This document shows positions 7,800 to 17,323 of a DNA stretch of 64,000 nucleotides, piece by piece. Position numbers and translations under genes: made by a program. Within the stretch, counting starts at the first letter, position 1, and the number at the start of each line of letters is the position of its first letter. The DNA is from a virus (lineage: Duplodnaviria; Caudoviricetes): positions 1 to 64,000 of IMG/VR virus record IMGVR_UViG_3300020049_014895, one strand, 5' to 3'. The notes beneath the pieces are model-generated. The model was not told where the DNA came from and did not search any database. It worked only from the letters and a program-made list of their open reading frames with translations.

Positions 7800-8645
7800 A
7801 TGGAAACAACACTAACAAAGAAAGAAAACTTCAAGATTATTGAAAAATCACTATTTACAACAAAGCATCATACTGTTGTTGTAGAAGATGTTGCGAGCAA
7901 TCAAAGATGGTACATTGGGTTTGAATTTAACAATAGTGGGTTAGTTCGTGATTCATTCAGAGAAAAAATAAACCCCGAATTGTTCAGCAAACAAAAACCG
8001 GAATATAGAAATGAATTATTTGCATTTGCATTTGATAATCTCCCCACCCCTGCCGTGTCTTTAGATGGGGTGAGAGAGCATGAATGTAAGTATTGTGGAG
8101 CAACTACAACACAGCCTGATAGTGAGTGTTATAAAGCTCCCTTATCAACTGAAAAGTGTGAGGGTTGTAAAGGTAATGGATGGAATGGAATTGCAGACCA
8201 AAGCTCTACTTGTACTATTTGCAACGGGACAGGAAACAACACCTTATCAACTGAAAAGAAGGTGGTGGAAGATTGGGATGAGGTAGAAAAGGAATATAAA
8301 GAATATTTTAAGAAAACTGTCGATTTATTCTTTAATGACGCATCAGTAGACACTCAACCTTTAACATTTAAAAAATGGCTAAAACAACACTACACCCTCC
8401 CTATTTCGGATAACAAAGAGGGGAAGGAGTTGAGTCAGATTACGGATGAGGATGCGATTGAGGTGTTAAAATTATTAGGCATAATGCCCAAAGCGGATTG
8501 GAATAAAGATTATTGCAGAAAATGGGTATATGGATTTTTTACAGATACGTTTTCAACTAAATACGATGCACTTGGTGGGTTAAGTGTAATCAAAGCCTAC
8601 CAATACCTCCAATCCCGTGGCTATAAATTACCAACGTATTACTAA
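7800..8645 (+). CDS. Modular hypothetical protein with zinc-binding modules
   Basis: CKYCG and a DnaJ-like CEGCKGNG/CTICNGTG module bounded by a 17-bp direct repeat. Confidence 0.65.
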   Translation: METTLTKKENFKIIEKSLFTTKHHTVVVEDVASNQRWYIGFEFNNSGLVRDSFREKINPELFSKQKPEYRNELFAFAFDNLPTPAVSLDGVREHECKYCGATTTQPDSECYKAPLSTEKCEGCKGNGWNGIADQSSTCTICNGTGNNTLSTEKKVVEDWDEVEKEYKEYFKKTVDLFFNDASVDTQPLTFKKWLKQHYTLPISDNKEGKELSQITDEDAIEVLKLLGIMPKADWNKDYCRKWVYGFFTDTFSTKYDALGGLSVIKAYQYLQSRGYKLPTYY

Positions 8646-8666
8646 CTTAAAAAAAAATAAACAAAA

Positions 8667-8852
8667 ATGGCAAGCTACACACCTGATTACAAATACCAAG
8701 AAGCTAAAAAGGTAATTGAAGAAATGAAAGGTAAAAAAGGAGAATTAGTGAGATACTATGTTTCTCAAAATAAAAAATGGTACGATTGCCTTTTAGAAAG
8801 AAATGAAGAAATGAGAAATGTTTTTAAAGGGATAATTAGATTTTCAAGATAA
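8667..8852 (+). CDS. Hypothetical protein
   Basis: 61-aa ORF after an A-rich leader. Confidence 0.55.
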   Translation: MASYTPDYKYQEAKKVIEEMKGKKGELVRYYVSQNKKWYDCLLERNEEMRNVFKGIIRFSR

Positions 8853-8877
8853 CCAATGCTTAATTAAATTATAGGAG

Positions 8878-9225
8878 ATGAAAGTGATAATTGCCGGTGG
8901 CAGAACATTTAATGATTTCGATTTGCTTTGTGAAAATTGCGATATAATATTAAGCAAATACACTAATGTTGAGATAGTAAGTGGAACAGCTAATGGAGCG
9001 GATAAGCTTGGCGAAAAATACGCAAAAGAAAGAAACTATTCGATAAAACAATTCCCTGCAAATTGGGGCAAGTTTGGCAAAAGTGCTGGATATAAAAGGA
9101 ATGAAGATATGGCTAAATATGCAGATTTTTTAATTGCCTTTTGGGATAATAAAAGTAAAGGGACTAAGCACATGATAGATTTAGCTAAAAAGTATAACGT
9201 AAAGTCAATCATATTTTTTTATTAA
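8878..9225 (+). CDS. SLOG-family (YspA/DUF2493-like) protein
   Basis: IIAGGRTF, VSGTANGAD, AGYKRN, AFWDNKSKGT motifs. Confidence 0.85.
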   Translation: MKVIIAGGRTFNDFDLLCENCDIILSKYTNVEIVSGTANGADKLGEKYAKERNYSIKQFPANWGKFGKSAGYKRNEDMAKYADFLIAFWDNKSKGTKHMIDLAKKYNVKSIIFFY

Positions 9226-9288
9226 CTCAACTAAATGCATAACACCATCCAAACAATAGCAAAAACAATTAACCAAAAATAAATAACC

Positions 9289-10137
9289 ATGAATCAATTA
9301 ACAACAAAAAATGCCGAGGATGCATTCTTATCCCTCCAGAAATCAGCTAACGAAATCGCTGAAAAATGCTCTAAACTGACAATTACTGACGACACATCTC
9401 TTTTGCTTGTCACGCAGCAGTATTCCCTTCTAAAAGGAACAATCTCCGACATCGAGAAGATTCGCGTGAAACAAAAGGCTCCTTTCCTGGATTCATGTAA
9501 GCAAATTGATGCCTTAGCGAAAAAGCTATCCGCTCCTCTTGAGGATGTTTTAGAAGAAGGATCTAAAAAGATTCTTGAGTATAACAGAAAAAAGGCTGTG
9601 GCCGCTCAAGTAGAAAAAAATCGCATCAATGCCATTAAATCAGAAATCTCAGAACATTCCGAGAAATCAATTAAGGAATTTAACGCATGCAAAACCATAG
9701 AAGAGTTATCCGCATGCAGAGATAAAAACATTATCAAATTTACTCCCCCGGAAACATGGAATGAATTGGCTGCCGATTATCAAGCTCTTCGCGTCACCTT
9801 AAACGATTACGCAATGGCAAGACGCATTGAAATCACAGCACCGGGACAAGCGGACGAAGCGCTAACAGAATCCATTAAAGAGGCTATTGTCGATAAAGTA
9901 GAAGAAGTAGGAGTACAGGAAGTAGCCAAGGCGGAATTTACTACTACATCGAAACTAAAGGGCACATGGCGATTTGAAGTTGTCGATTTATCACTTGTCC
10001 CTCGCGAATTTTTAATGATTGACGAGAAGAAGGTAAAGGAATACGTTAAGCAGAGAAAGGAACAAAACACCTTATCCGATGGACTTATCGTAGATGGGAT
10101 AAAATATTTCATTGAAGAGAGTGTAACTATTCGATAA
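9289..10137 (+). CDS. Coiled-coil recombination-module protein (Gam/Gp157-like)
   Basis: Long helical N-terminus and WRFEVVDLSLVPREFLMIDEKKV C-terminal motif; precedes the SSB-like gene. Confidence 0.5.
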   Translation: MNQLTTKNAEDAFLSLQKSANEIAEKCSKLTITDDTSLLLVTQQYSLLKGTISDIEKIRVKQKAPFLDSCKQIDALAKKLSAPLEDVLEEGSKKILEYNRKKAVAAQVEKNRINAIKSEISEHSEKSIKEFNACKTIEELSACRDKNIIKFTPPETWNELAADYQALRVTLNDYAMARRIEITAPGQADEALTESIKEAIVDKVEEVGVQEVAKAEFTTTSKLKGTWRFEVVDLSLVPREFLMIDEKKVKEYVKQRKEQNTLSDGLIVDGIKYFIEESVTIR

Positions 10138-10220
10138 AATAACTTAAAATAAATTTGCATTATTAAACAATTTAGTATAATTTTACATCGAAATAAATAA
10201 CTAACCTTAAAACAACAACT

Positions 10221-11063
10221 ATGTCACGAAGCAACCCTGAAATTAGATTAGAAACACCATGCACAAGATTCTTTGAATGGAGCGGAGATGAAGGCGGATT
10301 CAAGTATTTTGATAAAGCAAGAGAACAAGCCGAAAAAGGAACAGGTAAAGTAAAAGTTCCACTACCATTTACATTTATTGTATTGGACCAACTTGCAACA
10401 GTTACCGGATACTCCGATAGTCGCCAAGCAGGATTTTACTCAAACGAAGTTCGCAAAAAAGATATCAAAGACGGAATCTTTAAAGTAAGAAGCGGAAAAG
10501 AATTGGTTTGCGAAGGAAATTGGGAGTCCATTAAAGGAAAAGATGCCGGGATGAAATTTGCCGAATCAGTTTATATTGCCTACATAGGTGATGATAAAAA
10601 ACTTGTTATCGGGAACATTAAAATGGTTGGCTCATCGTTAAACGCATGGATTAATTATGTATCCGGAGAGAGAGACGAAAAAGGAAAACGAATTTCCGAG
10701 CCACACGATCCGTATGTAGGCGCAATTACCGTTGAATCAATGAAAGAAGGCAAGAAAGGCAAAACCGTTTACCAAATGCCTGTATTCACTCCGCGTTCAT
10801 TAAAGCCTGAAACAGAAGCATTGGTTCTTGAATTGGACAAAGAACTTCAGGCATACTTGAAAGATTATTTCGCTAAGAAAGCTTTGGAGGACATTGCAAC
10901 GGAATCTATTCCGGCAGACCCAACTCCAACACCGGAAGAGATTGAAGCAACATTTCACGCTGAAGCGACTCCGGAGCCATCGGCAAAAGAAATCGCCATG
11001 GGAAAGCAACAAGCGAAATCTGATGCCATACAAGCCGAGAGCGATTTGCCTTGGGATCTGTAA
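10221..11063 (+). CDS. Putative ssDNA-binding/annealing protein
   Basis: Beta-rich core, acidic flexible tail ending SDLPWDL. Confidence 0.55.
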   Translation: MSRSNPEIRLETPCTRFFEWSGDEGGFKYFDKAREQAEKGTGKVKVPLPFTFIVLDQLATVTGYSDSRQAGFYSNEVRKKDIKDGIFKVRSGKELVCEGNWESIKGKDAGMKFAESVYIAYIGDDKKLVIGNIKMVGSSLNAWINYVSGERDEKGKRISEPHDPYVGAITVESMKEGKKGKTVYQMPVFTPRSLKPETEALVLELDKELQAYLKDYFAKKALEDIATESIPADPTPTPEEIEATFHAEATPEPSAKEIAMGKQQAKSDAIQAESDLPWDL

Positions 11064-11139
11064 ACGAATAAACGCAGCCTACTCCCTGCGAAATTAGTCT
11101 ACGAAAGAGTACTTGCTGTGCGTAGTTCGTAGATGAAAA

Positions 11140-11216
11140 GACTTCATTGGTGTTTTGGATAAACATAGCGGGCTTAAAATCCCGAAGATACAAGTTCGAG
11201 TCTTGTATGAAGTCCA
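11140..11216 (+). tRNA. Degenerate tRNA-like element (TAA loop, Leu-like)
   Basis: Acceptor ACTTCAT/ATGAAGT, D arm GTGT/ACAT, T arm ACAAG-TTCGAGT-CTTGT; anticodon arm CGGG-CTTAAAAT-CCCG is one base out of register; short variable loop. Confidence 0.55.
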
Positions 11217-11239
11217 CAAAATATTAAACAACAACAATC

Positions 11240-12007
11240 ATGTCACGACTTGACCACCCTCTATCAGAAATACACTCCGGAACGCACCTTGTAGTCGTTT
11301 TGGAAGCATCACTACTCCGCGACAAGGATAATCTCCCTATCATCGCAAAAGATGGCTCCAAAGGAATAAATATCCGGTTTAACGATAACAAACTAAACCA
11401 CGATAAGGTATTTTGGGAGAAATCCTCCGACTTCAGAAAGCTTTGCAAAGTTACCTCTTGCGATATGACTAAACCGGTATTGTCTCAGCTAAAAGGTAAA
11501 TCTCTTTGGCTATGCATTAAGGAGGTTAAAACGATGAAGGAGGCTGTACACGTATCCTCGGAGTATGTTGCCTTCGATTACATTGAATGTACAAATCCTA
11601 CGCAGAAGCCTATCATCTCAGGAGACCCTTGTCAACATCCTAAAGGATTACCACTGGGAGTGTTTGTTGAGTATAAGCAGGATGAGAGGAGCATCGTATC
11701 GGAGAATCCAAATTCACAATATCCATTAACTGAAGAAGAGGTGTTTATGCCACAAGGTGCAGTTATAGCTACAGCCACAATTGTTTTAACGGATGAACAA
11801 AAGCAAAAACTCGAACTCGGCAAAAAGATAATCGCTGAAGGAGAAGGAAAGAAAATGACATCCCTAAACGAGAAAAACACTCCGAAAGAATCAGTAGAAG
11901 AAAAATTCGAACAAGCAGCAATCGAGCAAGACATCTTCGACAAAGCGGAATCTCACGGAGAATCAAATGATAATAATCACGTTGAAGACGATTGGAGCAA
12001 ACTATGA
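11240..12007 (+). CDS. Hypothetical protein
   Basis: 255-aa ORF, acidic C-terminus. Confidence 0.7.
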   Translation: MSRLDHPLSEIHSGTHLVVVLEASLLRDKDNLPIIAKDGSKGINIRFNDNKLNHDKVFWEKSSDFRKLCKVTSCDMTKPVLSQLKGKSLWLCIKEVKTMKEAVHVSSEYVAFDYIECTNPTQKPIISGDPCQHPKGLPLGVFVEYKQDERSIVSENPNSQYPLTEEEVFMPQGAVIATATIVLTDEQKQKLELGKKIIAEGEGKKMTSLNEKNTPKESVEEKFEQAAIEQDIFDKAESHGESNDNNHVEDDWSKL

Positions 12008-12198
12008 GAATGATTAAAATAATCTTTGCAGGGAAATACCATTTAGCAAAACGCATTAGATTAAAGATTATAGTTGAAAACTTCTATTTAATGGTTATTG
12101 GAAACGCTGGAGGAAGTATTCAACAACTATGTGGATATGATAAATGGTTTTTTGACATGCAAATGAATGAATATTTTTACAACTACAAATGCAAATAA
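12004..12198 (+). CDS. Hypothetical protein
   Basis: ATG 12004 overlaps upstream TGA; stop overlaps next gene. Confidence 0.5.
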   Translation: MRMIKIIFAGKYHLAKRIRLKIIVENFYLMVIGNAGGSIQQLCGYDKWFFDMQMNEYFYNYKCK

Positions 12199-12653
12199 AA
12201 CACTTCGGTAAAATAATCAACGGCAAAAGAGTCTACTACAACGTAGAACTTCACCGAGAAGCTCTCTTCGATTTAGAAGGACAAGAGTTCGAGGAAACCA
12301 TTAAGCTTAAACACAAGCCAGTTTCTCACGATGCCTTCGCGTATTACTATGCTGGAGTCATTGGAACAGCATTGAAATTCGAAACATTTGACGGCTGGGA
12401 CAAAAATGACTTAGATGCAGAATTAAAAGGGAGATTCTTATTCTATCACAAAACCCTTTGCATAAAACACTTAGACGGAACAGAAGAATTTGTTACGCAG
12501 AAGAAAACATATGAAAAGAAAGCCATCAGCAGTAAAGTTATGAAAGAATTTACCGACAGATGTATTGTATGGTTAGCAGAACTTGGGATAGTAGTTCCCC
12601 CTTCCGAAAATTTTATTGCTGGGAAATATAAAACAATAACAATTAAAAAATAA
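12189..12653 (+). CDS. NinB-like recombination protein
   Basis: YYYAGVIG helix and ISSKVMKEFTDRC..WLAELGIVVP C-terminal motif. Confidence 0.55.
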   Translation: MQIKHFGKIINGKRVYYNVELHREALFDLEGQEFEETIKLKHKPVSHDAFAYYYAGVIGTALKFETFDGWDKNDLDAELKGRFLFYHKTLCIKHLDGTEEFVTQKKTYEKKAISSKVMKEFTDRCIVWLAELGIVVPPSENFIAGKYKTITIKK

Positions 12654-12659
12654 AAAAAG

Positions 12660-12953
12660 ATGAAACAATACAATAGTGCAAGATTTAATACATCGGCAAT
12701 AATTAATCAAGAAGGAAATAAACTTATTCCAATGATTGAAGTTGTTGTTTTAACAGAAGAGCCTTGTTGGGTCGCTAACACTAAGAAAAAAATTATCGAA
12801 AGAACAAACAAGGCTTCCGAAATAAGATTTTCTGCTACCAAACAAGATTTATTAAAACTTCAATCAGACCTGGTTTATGCTATTGAAAATATTGATAACA
12901 TGCAAAAAATTTGCGATACAGCCAAAATTATTCCCAAAATCGTAGATAAATAG
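12660..12953 (+). CDS. Hypothetical protein
   Basis: 97-aa ORF in operon. Confidence 0.6.
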   Translation: MKQYNSARFNTSAIINQEGNKLIPMIEVVVLTEEPCWVANTKKKIIERTNKASEIRFSATKQDLLKLQSDLVYAIENIDNMQKICDTAKIIPKIVDK

Positions 12954-13106
12954 ATGTACACAGTAGACCACATTAGATTACGTTGGCCAGGACCACAATA
13001 CGAAGTGATATTCGTCAACGAAGGCGGACTTCAATAAACAATAGCTTACTTCTGGAAGAAATTAGACGCAGAAGAATACGCAAATTTTAAAAATGAAAGT
13101 TTATGA
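12954..13106 (+). pseudogene. Small ORF with in-frame TAA
   Basis: MYTVDH...GGLQ*TIAYFWKKLDAEEYANFKNESL; TAA at 13035-13037; the read-through TGA overlaps the next ATG (ATGA). Confidence 0.55.
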
Positions 13107-13435
13107 CAAAAAAGACTAAACAGCCTAAAGCCTACTCCGTTAAAAGATGCATCGTAAAAGATTCAAAAGCGATCCGCTCTCTTTTAGAAGACAGATTCCT
13201 TGAACTTGAATTAACCGGCAAAGCAATTGTAGACGATGCCATAAGTCACGGATACAATAAAATTAAACCCGAGACGTTATCTCGATACAGAAAGACAGGA
13301 AACACCATTGGCTCTCTCACTCAGCAAGACATCGCTTGGCTATGTTATCGCTACGGGATTGAGTTTAATTTAGTTGTCGAAAGTATCCCTTACAACGAAA
13401 AAGAATCTCTTAAAACTCTCAAAAAACACTTCTAA
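13103..13435 (+). CDS. Putative HTH DNA-binding protein
   Basis: LTGKAIVDDA...KPETLSRYRK helix-turn-helix-like pattern. Confidence 0.45.
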   Translation: MTKKTKQPKAYSVKRCIVKDSKAIRSLLEDRFLELELTGKAIVDDAISHGYNKIKPETLSRYRKTGNTIGSLTQQDIAWLCYRYGIEFNLVVESIPYNEKESLKTLKKHF

Positions 13436-13689
13436 TGGAAACAATAGGCGAACAGTTCTCCGGAAAAGAATCTGCAAGAAGACCATCTTTCCCCGTATTT
13501 GAAATTGATGATATCATGCGGATGAATGAATATAAATTCAACTTGTGGGACACTCTTCTTTATCAAGCATCTAAGCTTACAAAAAAAGAAAAGGAACGAA
13601 TCAGAATCGAATTAAGTAACGTTGACCAGTGGTGTAATAAGTGCGCCACAGACTTTACATTAGACAATAACCGAAATTTCAAACAATGA
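13435..13689 (+). CDS. Hypothetical protein
   Basis: 84-aa coupled ORF. Confidence 0.55.
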   Translation: METIGEQFSGKESARRPSFPVFEIDDIMRMNEYKFNLWDTLLYQASKLTKKEKERIRIELSNVDQWCNKCATDFTLDNNRNFKQ

Positions 13690-14303
13690 CACAATTCGAT
13701 TTAAAGAATTTCAAGAGACTTCCCGATGGGAGTTATCAGAAAATCAGTAATCCGCAGCCGAGGGATTTGCAACCAAAAGTTTCCGTTAAAGTTATCCTTC
13801 AACCGACCAACATCGAGTTTGAATCAGGAAAGGCAAAGACCAAGAAAGTTAAACCCGTTCAGCACGTTCACTTTTCCGGAATGGACATACAAGATGTGTA
13901 CGCTCAATGTGAACATGAAGGGACTATCTTCATTAAAGGCAATGTGCCCAGTTTAAAAAATTCTAAACAATTATTCAAGAATAAAAAAACAGGAAAGACA
14001 TTCATCACCTCATCCGATCTTTGCAAGAAATATGTTCGAGAAACAGACATTCATTACCGCTTGTTTAAATCTCGCTTTCACGAAATGCTAAAAGGCAAAA
14101 ACAAGCCGTATAGTATCCAGATGTTTTTTATCCGCGACCAGCACAAAGCTTTTGATTACATAAACGTTAGCCAGATAGTTTTTGATATTATGCAAGTTCA
14201 CGGCTGGATAGAAAATGATGATAATAGAAACGTTATCCCAAATTTTGATTGCGGATACGGATATGACCCCAAGATGGCAGGAGTAATTATAAAAGTGTTG
14301 TAA
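13686..14303 (+). CDS. RusA-like Holliday junction resolvase
   Basis: GNVPSLKNSK, FDYINV..IVFDIMQ..GWIENDD motifs. Confidence 0.7.
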   Translation: MTQFDLKNFKRLPDGSYQKISNPQPRDLQPKVSVKVILQPTNIEFESGKAKTKKVKPVQHVHFSGMDIQDVYAQCEHEGTIFIKGNVPSLKNSKQLFKNKKTGKTFITSSDLCKKYVRETDIHYRLFKSRFHEMLKGKNKPYSIQMFFIRDQHKAFDYINVSQIVFDIMQVHGWIENDDNRNVIPNFDCGYGYDPKMAGVIIKVL

Positions 14304-14566
14304 TGGACTACGCAATCGACCTCACCAACTTCTACGAACCCGAAGGACAGAAACCTCTCATACAGGACGCAATCGTTGAATCGGCAAAAAGCAAGTTCCG
14401 AGTTGACCGGTGGTTTTCATCCAAAGGACATTGCTACGTCTTTATCGACATAGGACTCCGCTCAAATATAAAACCATTTGCGCAATCACCATCACAAGTA
14501 ATTAAAGCATTAAAACTTAAAAAAATCAATATCGTAAAAAATGGAACAGAACAACATTTCACTTAA
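14303..14566 (+). CDS. Hypothetical protein
   Basis: 87-aa coupled ORF. Confidence 0.55.
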   Translation: MDYAIDLTNFYEPEGQKPLIQDAIVESAKSKFRVDRWFSSKGHCYVFIDIGLRSNIKPFAQSPSQVIKALKLKKINIVKNGTEQHFT

Positions 14567-14837
14567 AGAAAAAGCAAAAGAGTTAGTCGATAAGTACAAG
14601 GGATTAGTTTATCCGTACATAGGAAGTTCTATGTTAACAAACGATGCAGACGAAGGGGTTATTCTTATGAACTCAAAACATTGTGCTTTAATTAATATTG
14701 ACGAAAACATTAAGTCGCTAAAGATTCTTTACGACACCTTTGATGCTGGAGGAGATTCTGATTGGTGGTTCAGAACAAAAGTCGAAGAACAAATCACTTA
14801 TCTAAACGAAATTAAACAAGAAATAAATAAACTATAA
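14541..14837 (+). CDS. Conserved phage hypothetical protein
   Basis: KAKELVDKY...SKHCALINIDE...KQEINKL pattern. Confidence 0.6.
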   Translation: MEQNNISLKEKAKELVDKYKGLVYPYIGSSMLTNDADEGVILMNSKHCALINIDENIKSLKILYDTFDAGGDSDWWFRTKVEEQITYLNEIKQEINKL

Positions 14838-15079
14838 TGGAAATACAACTACAACCAGTAAACAGCACAACAATCAAAGGCATGGCACTTTCAGAAGGAA
14901 CCATGTATGTTCAATTCGCCTCCGGTGTTATCTACAAGTATCCCGATACAACTCAAGCAGAATATAAATCCATCATCGAAGATGTCTCCGTTGGATCAAA
15001 ACTTCGAAGAGTAGTAGCAGAGAAATTGCACCAAAAACTTTCCGAAGAATCTCCTGAATTTAAACGATTAAAATATTAA
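14837..15079 (+). CDS. KTSC-domain protein
   Basis: VNSTTIKG...YVQFASGVIYKY...SVGS pattern. Confidence 0.75.
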   Translation: MEIQLQPVNSTTIKGMALSEGTMYVQFASGVIYKYPDTTQAEYKSIIEDVSVGSKLRRVVAEKLHQKLSEESPEFKRLKY

Positions 15080-15081
15080 TT

Positions 15082-15399
15082 ATGATTGAAGCTATCTGTA
15101 TCGACTCAGCAAATCGCCCGGAAGAAGTCCCTCTTAGCAAATGGATTCAAAAAGGGTTTAAATACCACATCACGCACGTATACTATCACCCTACGCAAGG
15201 GAACATTCGAGGATGTGAACTACATGAAGTAAAACTTGGAGTAGAATGCGAACCATATCGAGCCTACAGGCTTAACCGATTCGGATTCACCAAAGAGAAT
15301 TTCGAGAAGCTAAAACAAATGATTATCGATTGCTCCGAGTTAAATGAATTCGATGTAAATAAACTTCTGAGAGAATGCGATTTGGAGGTTATGGTGTAA
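15082..15399 (+). CDS. Conserved phage hypothetical protein
   Basis: 105-aa ORF in operon. Confidence 0.65.
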   Translation: MIEAICIDSANRPEEVPLSKWIQKGFKYHITHVYYHPTQGNIRGCELHEVKLGVECEPYRAYRLNRFGFTKENFEKLKQMIIDCSELNEFDVNKLLRECDLEVMV

Positions 15400-15442
15400 C
15401 ACTAATGCCTTGAGCGGCCTTGTAAAACTCACTAAAAATTAA

Positions 15443-15925
15443 ATGGAACAAACAATTAGAAAAACCAGAATTCAACTGGATGCCGTATTTGTCTTAACCG
15501 GAAAATTAACTCCATCAAGAGAAGTTTCTTTAGCAAAGACTCATTTTGAAACATCCAAGATGATGCTTGGAAAAGTACTTGGAGAATTAGGAACTGCTAA
15601 TCCATATCCGGAAAGTAAAAATCCAGAGAGTTCAAAAATTGAACCAACTGCTGATACTGCTGACAGAGTAGAAATTAATTTTGCTGATGGAACTGATCAA
15701 ATTGCCCGCGTAAAACTCCTGCGCCAAGATGCTGAACAATTATGTAAATCTATTGAAGACATTATTAATGTCACAATGGAGCATCCACATAAATGGAAAT
15801 TAATGGATTTCTTAAAAAGCTCTTACCTTGAGTGTCAAAAAGGAATGAGGTGGTTAGGAATGGAATTGGGACGCATCCGTGATACTGCAACAGAAGACAC
15901 AACACAACGCTTGGACGCAAAATAG
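15443..15925 (+). CDS. Helical protein, possible Tad1/Acb2-like hairpin
   Basis: SREVSLAKTHFETSKMML resembles the SRE..A.TH.E...MW helix of Tad1; second similar helix near the C-terminus. Confidence 0.4.
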   Translation: MEQTIRKTRIQLDAVFVLTGKLTPSREVSLAKTHFETSKMMLGKVLGELGTANPYPESKNPESSKIEPTADTADRVEINFADGTDQIARVKLLRQDAEQLCKSIEDIINVTMEHPHKWKLMDFLKSSYLECQKGMRWLGMELGRIRDTATEDTTQRLDAK

Positions 15926-15935
15926 AATTGCTTAC

Positions 15936-15967
15936 ATCTCAAGGGACAGTACATTGTTCCTTGAGAT
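15936..15967. terminator. Hairpin between convergent early and late operons
   Basis: ATCTCAAGGGACA (15936-15948)/TGTTCCTTGAGAT (15955-15967). Confidence 0.65.
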
Positions 15968-16398
15968 TATTTAACTACCCTTAAAACACCAATGTAAACA
16001 AGTTCCGTTACAGCTACGGCACCCACGATAACAAAGCCTGTCTTGAATAGTCGTTTCCCTCTCAGAGCTTTATTTAATTGCTTTTCAACGTATAATTTAT
16101 CGTCTTGGCAATGTTTGTTCTGCAGCAATCTTAAATTGATTTCCTTATCCTTCTCCGCGGATTCATTTCGCAAGAATCCATTCTCAGCATTTAACGTTCG
16201 GATAATTTGATCTTGAAGCACTAACGAAGAACCCATCTCTTTCACAAGGTAGTATTGCTCAATGTTTAAAGCATCTTGCTCAGGTGTGATACAAGTTAAA
16301 CTATCTGGGACTAACGTATATCCCGTTTGACTTATAGATTGAATCGCGAACAGCATCGCGCTCAGTACGAGTAAACTTCTTAATTTTAGCTCTTTCAT
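15967..16398 (-). CDS. Lysis protein, spanin-like (signal peptide, coiled coil, C-terminal TM)
   Basis: Hydrophobic termini, overlaps upstream gene, last gene of the lysis cassette. Confidence 0.5.
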   Translation of the reverse strand: MKELKLRSLLVLSAMLFAIQSISQTGYTLVPDSLTCITPEQDALNIEQYYLVKEMGSSLVLQDQIIRTLNAENGFLRNESAEKDKEINLRLLQNKHCQDDKLYVEKQLNKALRGKRLFKTGFVIVGAVAVTELVYIGVLRVVK

Positions 16399-16657
16399 GT
16401 CTTGATTTGTATTTGTTTATCGAATCCGCTCTCTCGTAATTAACGATGTAAGCGTGTGCGCTATCGGCTTGTTTGCGCCACGATTTCGCCTCGGCTTGAT
16501 GTACATCTATCATCGCGGAGATAATGCTGTCACGTTCAAATTTTAGCCGGTCTACCTCTACGGAATTATCCGGTGCCGTATCCTTAAAAGCCAACCAACA
16601 TAAAATGCCGATGACAATCCAATAAATGATGTCTTTAAGACTTATTGTTAGCTTCAT
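16301..16657 (-). CDS. Inner-membrane spanin-like protein
   Basis: N-terminal TM then charged coiled coil; next to holin/endolysin. Confidence 0.55.
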   Translation of the reverse strand: MKLTISLKDIIYWIVIGILCWLAFKDTAPDNSVEVDRLKFERDSIISAMIDVHQAEAKSWRKQADSAHAYIVNYERADSINKYKSRHERAKIKKFTRTERDAVRDSIYKSNGIYVSPR

Positions 16658-16841
16658 TTTCCTTTTCTTTTATAAACGATACGATTTCATTTGCAACACC
16701 ACCTATTGCAAGTATCGCCAAAGATAAATACGGATGTCCTTCTACTAAAATTAAACTACCCCCGGCAATACCGGTTACAGCCTTTATGCAAAGACCTATT
16801 AATTTTAACTTTTCAATTTTACTTAGTGAGAATATTTTCAT
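16635..16841 (-). CDS. Putative holin
   Basis: 68 aa, two TM segments, charged C-terminus, directly after the endolysin. Confidence 0.6.
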   Translation of the reverse strand: MKIFSLSKIEKLKLIGLCIKAVTGIAGGSLILVEGHPYLSLAILAIGGVANEIVSFIKEKENEANNKS

Positions 16842-16843
16842 GG

Positions 16844-17323
16844 TTACAATCTTATGAATCCTTTACAAGCAGATATTTTACGAGTTCTGCGACATACTTC
16901 ATATCCTTCTCGACTGCCTTCATCATTTGAATTTCCTTCAATAGTTTGGATAGTATCACCTACAACATTTTCTACAAACCCTGTATGACCCAATCCGCCA
17001 CCAAAATCCATAATAAAAATATCTCCAGGCAGCGGAACTGCATGACGATGATCCGCTGCCGTCTTATTCCATTGCTTCAATACGCCTCCGGTACGAAACA
17101 AGATATTATTTGGATTAGCCTCCTTACAACACCAATATACAAACGCCATACACCAACTGGCCGGGAATGTAATCCCTACAGATTTAAGGTATTTCTGTAC
17201 ATGTTCTCCCCAATTTGAGTTCTTAGGAATCTCTTGGTTCCCTATTTGAGTAACTGCTATTTGAATGTGATTCATAGTAAATAAATTATCGTGATTAATA
17301 ATACTAAAACAACTCCACTCCAA
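16844..17323 (-). CDS. CHAP-domain endolysin
   Basis: SWCMAFV (catalytic Cys), GHTGFV (His), TIEGN motifs. Confidence 0.85.
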   Translation of the reverse strand: MEWSCFSIINHDNLFTMNHIQIAVTQIGNQEIPKNSNWGEHVQKYLKSVGITFPASWCMAFVYWCCKEANPNNILFRTGGVLKQWNKTAADHRHAVPLPGDIFIMDFGGGLGHTGFVENVVGDTIQTIEGNSNDEGSREGYEVCRRTRKISACKGFIRL

